Both the position numbers and the translations under genes were made by a program. Shown here piece after piece: positions 59,357 through 64,000 of a stretch of 64,000 nucleotides of DNA; position 1 is the first letter of the stretch; every line of letters begins with the position of its first letter. This stretch comes from Longimicrobiales bacterium (GTDB lineage: Bacteria > Gemmatimonadota > Gemmatimonadetes > Longimicrobiales > Gaopeijiaceae). The stretch lies in contig OZ242008.1 in assembly GCA_965204735.1 (NCBI GenBank), positions 2,560,001-2,624,000 on the forward strand, given 5' to 3'. Under the pieces are notes generated by a model that saw nothing but the letters and a program-made list of their open reading frames with translations, had not been told where the DNA came from and did no database searches.

Positions 59357-60607
59357 TCACCGAGGATGCGCCATTTCCATGGCTGGATGGGACAGATTTT
59401 TTTGTCTCCTCCGGGCTGGTCCGTCGTCGCCTCGGGGCTGGTCTGGAGGCCCCGTGCGTCCCATGAACTGGGCGGCTGAAGCTCCTCCGGCACCTGGACC
59501 GCCGCCGGCCGCTACCGATTCCAAGAGACCCTCGAACGCGTCCGCCGTCCGGTCCCAGGTGAAGGTCTCGGCCATCGCCCGGGCCGCCCGGCCCATGGCG
59601 TCTCTTGCGTCGGGCGGCAGCACGCGGGCCAGAGCCGCGGCCAGGGCGTCCACGTCGCCGTGGGGCACCAGCAGGCCCGTTTCCCCGTGGCGGACCGTCT
59701 CCCGCAGTCCCGGCGAGTCCGACGCAACGGTGGGAGTGCCGCACGCCGACGCTTCGACGCTGGCGATCCCCCAGCCCTCCTTGGGAGAGGCGAGGGCGTG
59801 CACCCACGACCTGGACAGCAGCTCCCGCTTCTCGTCCTCGGGGACGAAGCCCGCGAAGCGGACCCGGTCGCCCATGCCCAGCCCCGCGGCCAGCCGCTCC
59901 AGATCCTTCCGGGCGCGTCCCTTCCCCGCGACGACGACGTTGAGCGGCGTTCCCCTGTCCGTCAGCCGGGCCGCCGCGCGGAGCACCAAGTCCACCCGCT
60001 TGTACTTCTGGAGCCGGCCCAGGAAGACGACCGTGGGCTCGGGGAACCGCTTCGACGCCGGCCAGAGCCGATCGAGGTTCACGCCGTTGCGGACGACCTC
60101 GAAGCGGGACGGCTCCAGCCCCCTCCGGAGCAGGTCGTCCCGGGTGCTTTCGGAGACGGCGACGCAGGGAAGGCCCCGGTAGGCGGTCGGGACGACGCGC
60201 TCGAAGAGCCACGTTGCGCCGGCCAGAACCCAGTTGGCCTCGCGGAAGGCGGTGGCGCCGAAGAGGTGGTGCACCAGAAGGAGGCGAGCCGGCGCCCGGG
60301 TCCAGAGGGGCGCCAGAATGGGAACCTTGTTCAGGTCCTCCACCAGCACGTCGAATGGCTCGTCCGCCAGTCGGCGCTCGTACTCCAAGGGTCCGGCGAT
60401 GTTGAATGTGTAGCGGCGGCCCGCTCGGTGGACTCGAACGCCGTCCACGTCGGCCACCCGTTCGCACCTGGGCCAGCCCGAGCACAGCAGCGTGACCCGA
60501 TGCCCGCGCTGGACCAGGCGGCCGAAGACCTGGTGCAGGTGCTCCTCGGCGCCGCCCGCCGCCGGATTGAGGCGGTCCAGCCAGTTGACGACGAGGATGC
60601 GGAGCAT
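59357..60607 (-). CDS. Glycosyltransferase family 4 (GT-B fold)
   Basis: NPAAGGAEEH, FLGRLQKYKRVD, KEGWGIASVEASACGTP, ETGLLV. The C-terminus runs into the Rpn cassette leader. Confidence 0.92.
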   Translation of the reverse strand: MLRILVVNWLDRLNPAAGGAEEHLHQVFGRLVQRGHRVTLLCSGWPRCERVADVDGVRVHRAGRRYTFNIAGPLEYERRLADEPFDVLVEDLNKVPILAPLWTRAPARLLLVHHLFGATAFREANWVLAGATWLFERVVPTAYRGLPCVAVSESTRDDLLRRGLEPSRFEVVRNGVNLDRLWPASKRFPEPTVVFLGRLQKYKRVDLVLRAAARLTDRGTPLNVVVAGKGRARKDLERLAAGLGMGDRVRFAGFVPEDEKRELLSRSWVHALASPKEGWGIASVEASACGTPTVASDSPGLRETVRHGETGLLVPHGDVDALAAALARVLPPDARDAMGRAARAMAETFTWDRTADAFEGLLESVAAGGGPGAGGASAAQFMGRTGPPDQPRGDDGPARRRQKNLSHPAMEMAHPR

Positions 60608-60611
60608 GAGG

Positions 60612-61196
60612 TCACGGGCGCGGGGAGCAGAGCTGGCGAGTTGCGAAGGACGCGCCTTCGGTTCCGGCGCTGTCGCCCCCGGCCGCCGACCCCAGCGGAA
60701 GGATCACGAGGAAGAGGATCACGAGGAAGAGGGTCGCCTCGCTGGCGGTCGAGGCGTCGTCGCCCCCGGCCGACTTGTAGACCGCGTCCAGGACTCCGTT
60801 GACGAAGCGGGAAGAGTCGTCGCCGCCGTAGCGCTGGGCCAGCCGGACGGCCTCTTGGATCGCCACCCGGCCCGGCACCCCGCCGATGCAGATGATCTCG
60901 GTCGCCCCAAGCCGAAGGATGCCCCGGTCGATGAAGGAGAGGCGGTCCATCCGCCAGTTCTCCATGGCCGAGGCAACTGCCGCGTCGATCCGCTCCCGGT
61001 TGTCGGCAAAGACGCCCACCAGCCGCTCCAGGTACGGGCGTCGCCGGGGAGAGACCAGGCGATGCTCCAGCGTGGCGGTCAGCGCGTGCTCCATGGTGCA
61101 GTTCCGGCCCTCGGCCTCCCATCGGTAGTGGACTTGGAGGAACCAGGCCCGGGTGCGGCTTCGGTCGCGGCGTTCCTGTTGGGTGAGCGGTTCCAA
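60612..61196 (-). CDS. nusB: Transcription antitermination factor NusB
   Basis: NWRMDRLSFIDRGILRLG, VAIQEAVRLAQRYG, FVNGVLD; follows ribH; has an extended low-complexity tail. Confidence 0.92.
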   Translation of the reverse strand: MEPLTQQERRDRSRTRAWFLQVHYRWEAEGRNCTMEHALTATLEHRLVSPRRRPYLERLVGVFADNRERIDAAVASAMENWRMDRLSFIDRGILRLGATEIICIGGVPGRVAIQEAVRLAQRYGGDDSSRFVNGVLDAVYKSAGGDDASTASEATLFLVILFLVILPLGSAAGGDSAGTEGASFATRQLCSPRP

Positions 61197-61198
61197 CT

Positions 61199-61639
61199 TC
61201 AGGTCGTCCGCTCGACCAGCCCCAGCATCTCCAGCGCGGCCTCGGCGAACTCGGCGCCCTTGTCGGCTCCGTCGCGGTCGGCGCGCTCGAAGGCCTGCTC
61301 GGGGGTGTTGGTGGCCAGCACGCCGAAGACCACGGGGATGCGGACGGCGAGCGCGACCTCTCCGAGCCCGCGGCTGGCGTGGCCCGCCACCAGGTCGAAG
61401 TGGGCGGTCTCGCCGCGGATCACGCATCCGACGGCGATCAGGGCGTCGTGACGGCCGGACTCGGATATCCACCGGGCGGCCTGGGGCAGCTCCCACGAGC
61501 CGGGCACTCGGTAGACGTCGATCCGGTCCGGGGGAACGCCCTCGGCGAGAAGGCGGGTTCGGGCGCCGGCCAGGAGCTCCTCGGTGACCATGCTGTTGAA
61601 GCGCGCGACCAGCAAGGCGATCCGGGGGGGAGCGCTCAC
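61199..61639 (-). CDS. ribH: 6,7-dimethyl-8-ribityllumazine synthase
   Basis: ARFNSMVT, VPGSWELP, GCVIRGETAHFD, FGVL, KGAEFA. Confidence 0.96.
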   Translation of the reverse strand: MSAPPRIALLVARFNSMVTEELLAGARTRLLAEGVPPDRIDVYRVPGSWELPQAARWISESGRHDALIAVGCVIRGETAHFDLVAGHASRGLGEVALAVRIPVVFGVLATNTPEQAFERADRDGADKGAEFAEAALEMLGLVERTT

Positions 61640-61673
61640 CGGGACGCCTCGGCGGCGGCGTCGGGCCGCGGCC

Positions 61674-62969
61674 TCATCGTCCCCACCGCCGTTCCCAGCG
61701 TCTTCGGCGGGACGCCTCGTCGTCGGCGTCGGGCCGGCCGCGGCCGTCGGCAGCCGCCGGGCCGGAAAGGGGCACGCGGCCCGCGATCTCCAGGCGATAG
61801 CCGTCCAGGCCCACGATGCGACGGGCGCTGTTGGTCAGGAGGCGGATTGACGCAAGTCGCAAGTCCAGAAGGATTTGCGCGCCAATTCCGTAGTCTCTAA
61901 GGGCCTGCCGCGGCACGGGCTGGGGGTTGCCGGGGCCGGGGTCGGCGGCTTGGGAGGCCTGGTTGGGGCCGGGGTCGCCGGCCTGGGAGGCTTGGTCGGA
62001 GCCGGGGTCGGCGGCCTGGTCGGGACCGGAGTCGCCGGCCGCGGCGCGGAGCCGCTCCAGCAAGCGTTCCCCCGAGTGGGGTCTGGGGAGGTAGACGACC
62101 ACGCCCTCTCCTTCGGCCTCGATCCGCCTCATGGCACCGGCAAGGAGGCTGCCGCCGGGTTCGTCCAGCGAGGCGAAGGTGTCGGCCAGGGGGTTCTCGG
62201 CGTGCATCCGCACGAGCACGCCGGCTTTCCCTTCCGGCGCGCCCTTCACCAGCGCCAAGTGGACCCGCTCGTCGATCTCGCTCTTGTAGCCCAGCACGCG
62301 GAACTCGCCCCACGCGGTGCGGAGCGGCGCCTCGACGACCCGCGTCACCAACCGCTCCCGGGAGAGGCGGTAGGCCACGAGCTGCTCGACCGTGACGAAC
62401 TTGAGGTCGTGTTGGGCGGCCATCGCTTCCAGCGCGTCCCGTCTGGCCATTGTGCCGTCCTCGGCGAGGACTTCGCAGATGACTCCGACGGGCGCGAGGC
62501 CGGCGAGGCGGGCCAAGTCCACGGCCGCTTCGGTCTGTCCCACCCGGCGGAGCACGCCGCCCTTGCGCGCCCGAAGCGGAAAGACGTGGCCGGGGCGCCG
62601 CAGGTCGCCTGGAACGGAGGCCGGGTCCACGAGGGCCTGAACGGTCCTGGCCCGGTCGTGGGCCGAGATGCCCGTGGTGACGCCGAAGCGTCTATGGGCG
62701 TCCACCGACACCGTGAAGGCGGTGCCCTGGGGATCGGTGTTGCGGTCCGTCATCAAGGGAAGCTCCAAGGTGTCCGCCCGTTCCGCCGTGAGGGCGACGC
62801 ACACGAGGCCGCGACCGTGGCGGGTCATGAAGTTGATCAGCTCCGGCGTCGCCTTCTCCGCGGCGCACACCAAGTCGCCCTCGTCCTCCCGGTCCTCGTC
62901 GTCGGCGACGATGACCAGCTTGCCCGCGGCTATGTGGCGAATGGCGTCGGGAATGGTGTCGAGAGGCAT
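61674..62969 (-). CDS. ribB: DHBP synthase fused to a degenerate GTP cyclohydrolase II domain (RibBX type)
   Basis: RibB motifs DDEDREDEGD, AFTVSVD, GISAHDR, RPGHVFPL. The C-domain reads VRMHAENPLADTF with no zinc-binding cysteines but keeps RDYGIGAQIL and LLTN. Confidence 0.9.
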   Translation of the reverse strand: MPLDTIPDAIRHIAAGKLVIVADDEDREDEGDLVCAAEKATPELINFMTRHGRGLVCVALTAERADTLELPLMTDRNTDPQGTAFTVSVDAHRRFGVTTGISAHDRARTVQALVDPASVPGDLRRPGHVFPLRARKGGVLRRVGQTEAAVDLARLAGLAPVGVICEVLAEDGTMARRDALEAMAAQHDLKFVTVEQLVAYRLSRERLVTRVVEAPLRTAWGEFRVLGYKSEIDERVHLALVKGAPEGKAGVLVRMHAENPLADTFASLDEPGGSLLAGAMRRIEAEGEGVVVYLPRPHSGERLLERLRAAAGDSGPDQAADPGSDQASQAGDPGPNQASQAADPGPGNPQPVPRQALRDYGIGAQILLDLRLASIRLLTNSARRIVGLDGYRLEIAGRVPLSGPAAADGRGRPDADDEASRRRRWERRWGR

Positions 62970-62982
62970 GAGGAAGCCTTCC

Positions 62983-63594
62983 CTACGGGTCCAGGTTGCG
63001 GGCGCCGAGGACGCGCTGCACGTACTTGCCCACCAGGTCCGCCTCCACGTTCACGGGGTCGCCGGGCGCGAGCGCGGAAAGATTGGTGTGCTTCCACGTA
63101 TGGGGCACGACGGCAACCTGGCAAACGGAGCCGGGACCAAGTCCGTCGACCGTCAGGCTGACGCCGTTGATCGCAATGGAGCCGTGGAGCACCGTGACGG
63201 CCGACACCTCGTCGGGGAGCCGGAAGGTCATGAACCGCGTGCTCCCTCGCGTCTCGCGGTCCAGGAGCGCGCCGGTCCCGTCCACGTGGCCTTGGACGAG
63301 GTGGCCGTCCAAGCGGTCCCCGGCCCGGACGCCCCGCTCCAGATTGACCCGCGCGCCCGGTCGGTAGCTCGCCGCCACGGTGCGGTCCAGCGTGGCAAGG
63401 CCGGCCTCGACGGAGAAGGACGGCGCGAGGCTCGGGTGCACTCGGCGGACGGTCAGGCAGGCGCCGTCCACGGCGACGGAACGACCCGGCGCCAGCTCGG
63501 CGGCGAAGGCGGCTTCGACCACCAGGGCGCGGCCGCCCTCCGTCTCGCTGACCTGGGCGATCGTGCCCACGGACTCGACGATGCCGGTGAACAC
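62983..63594 (-). CDS. ribE: Riboflavin synthase alpha chain
   Basis: MFTGIVE, SVAVDGACLTV, VNLER, GHLVQGHVDG, SIAINGVSLTV, VNVEAD. Confidence 0.96.
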   Translation of the reverse strand: MFTGIVESVGTIAQVSETEGGRALVVEAAFAAELAPGRSVAVDGACLTVRRVHPSLAPSFSVEAGLATLDRTVAASYRPGARVNLERGVRAGDRLDGHLVQGHVDGTGALLDRETRGSTRFMTFRLPDEVSAVTVLHGSIAINGVSLTVDGLGPGSVCQVAVVPHTWKHTNLSALAPGDPVNVEADLVGKYVQRVLGARNLDP

Positions 63595-63595
63595 G

Positions 63596-64000
63596 TCAGC
63601 GCTCCCGGTCCAGGACGACCAAGGTGTCGGCGCCGTAGCGGACGGGGGCCAGCCGGGAGGTCCAGCCCTCGAGGACGCTGGCGGGTTCGGGAACGGCCCC
63701 GCCGCCGGAGCCGTTCAGCGGGAACGCGGGCACGGCGTCCGGGCCGAGGAGGACAGGAGCGACGAAGTAGTAGAGACGGTCCGCCAGTCCCGCCGAGAGG
63801 AGCGAGGCTGCCAAGCGGCCTCCGCCTTCGCAGAGGACGCTGTCCACGCCGCGGGCGGCGAGGAGCTGGAGCACGGCGGCCAACTCCAGCCGGGGGCGCG
63901 GAGGCGGCCGTCCGGTCGGCGCGGGCCGGGCGACGGGCGGAGGGCGGCCGTCCAGCGCGGGCCGTCCGGGCGGGGGACGGCCTTCCGGCGCGGGCCGGGC
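63596..64000 (-). CDS. ribD: RibD deaminase/reductase, C-terminal part (5' end outside the window)
   Basis: SVLCEGGGRLAASLLSAGLADRLYYFVAPVLLG; directly upstream of ribE. Confidence 0.85.
   Translation of the reverse strand, partial: ARPAPEGRPPPGRPALDGRPPPVARPAPTGRPPPRPRLELAAVLQLLAARGVDSVLCEGGGRLAASLLSAGLADRLYYFVAPVLLGPDAVPAFPLNGSGGGAVPEPASVLEGWTSRLAPVRYGADTLVVLDRER

Larger units (their letters stand above)
58085..59491 (-). mobile_element. Repeated Rpn cassette, copy 2 (inverted relative to 8034..9384)
   Basis: Same leader (about 130 nt identical to 8145-8275), gene and tail as copy 1. Confidence 0.65.

Overview
A high-GC bacterial chromosomal window; the gene content and order look like Gemmatimonadota, possibly a host-associated lineage (inference, not shown by the sequence). 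Most of it is a minus-strand housekeeping backbone: ribD-ribE-ribBX-ribH-nusB-GT4-hpf-hprK-ptsH-ptsI-metK-DUF151-recO-selB-dusB, then rpsO-pnp-M16 peptidase-ald-dut, then mreBCD-mrdA-rodA-accD-folC, then hisS-proS-lysA-guaA. The left end carries a small cluster: a minus-strand creatininase-family gene divergent from plus-strand acyl-CoA ligase, FMN reductase, OPT transporter and exported proteins. Four accessory features stand out. (1) Two near-identical, inverted ~1.35-1.4 kb cassettes ~49 kb apart each encode an Rpn/YhgA-like PD-(D/E)xK nuclease, with a shared structured non-coding leader and an internal RBS+ATG suggesting a gene-within-a-gene antitoxin. (2) A 4644-aa surface protein (about 26 Ig-like repeats, 5 cadherin-like repeats, autotransporter-like C-terminus) has a C19 tract in its first codons with stops in both shifted frames, a probable phase-variation switch. 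(3) An intact IS5/ISNCY-like element with terminal inverted repeats and a target duplication sits beside a frameshifted small secreted gene and a beta-propeller lipoprotein. (4) Short tandem duplications recur inside and between housekeeping genes. I found no rRNA, tRNA or CRISPR array. All calls come from motif recognition by eye; no database search was run.
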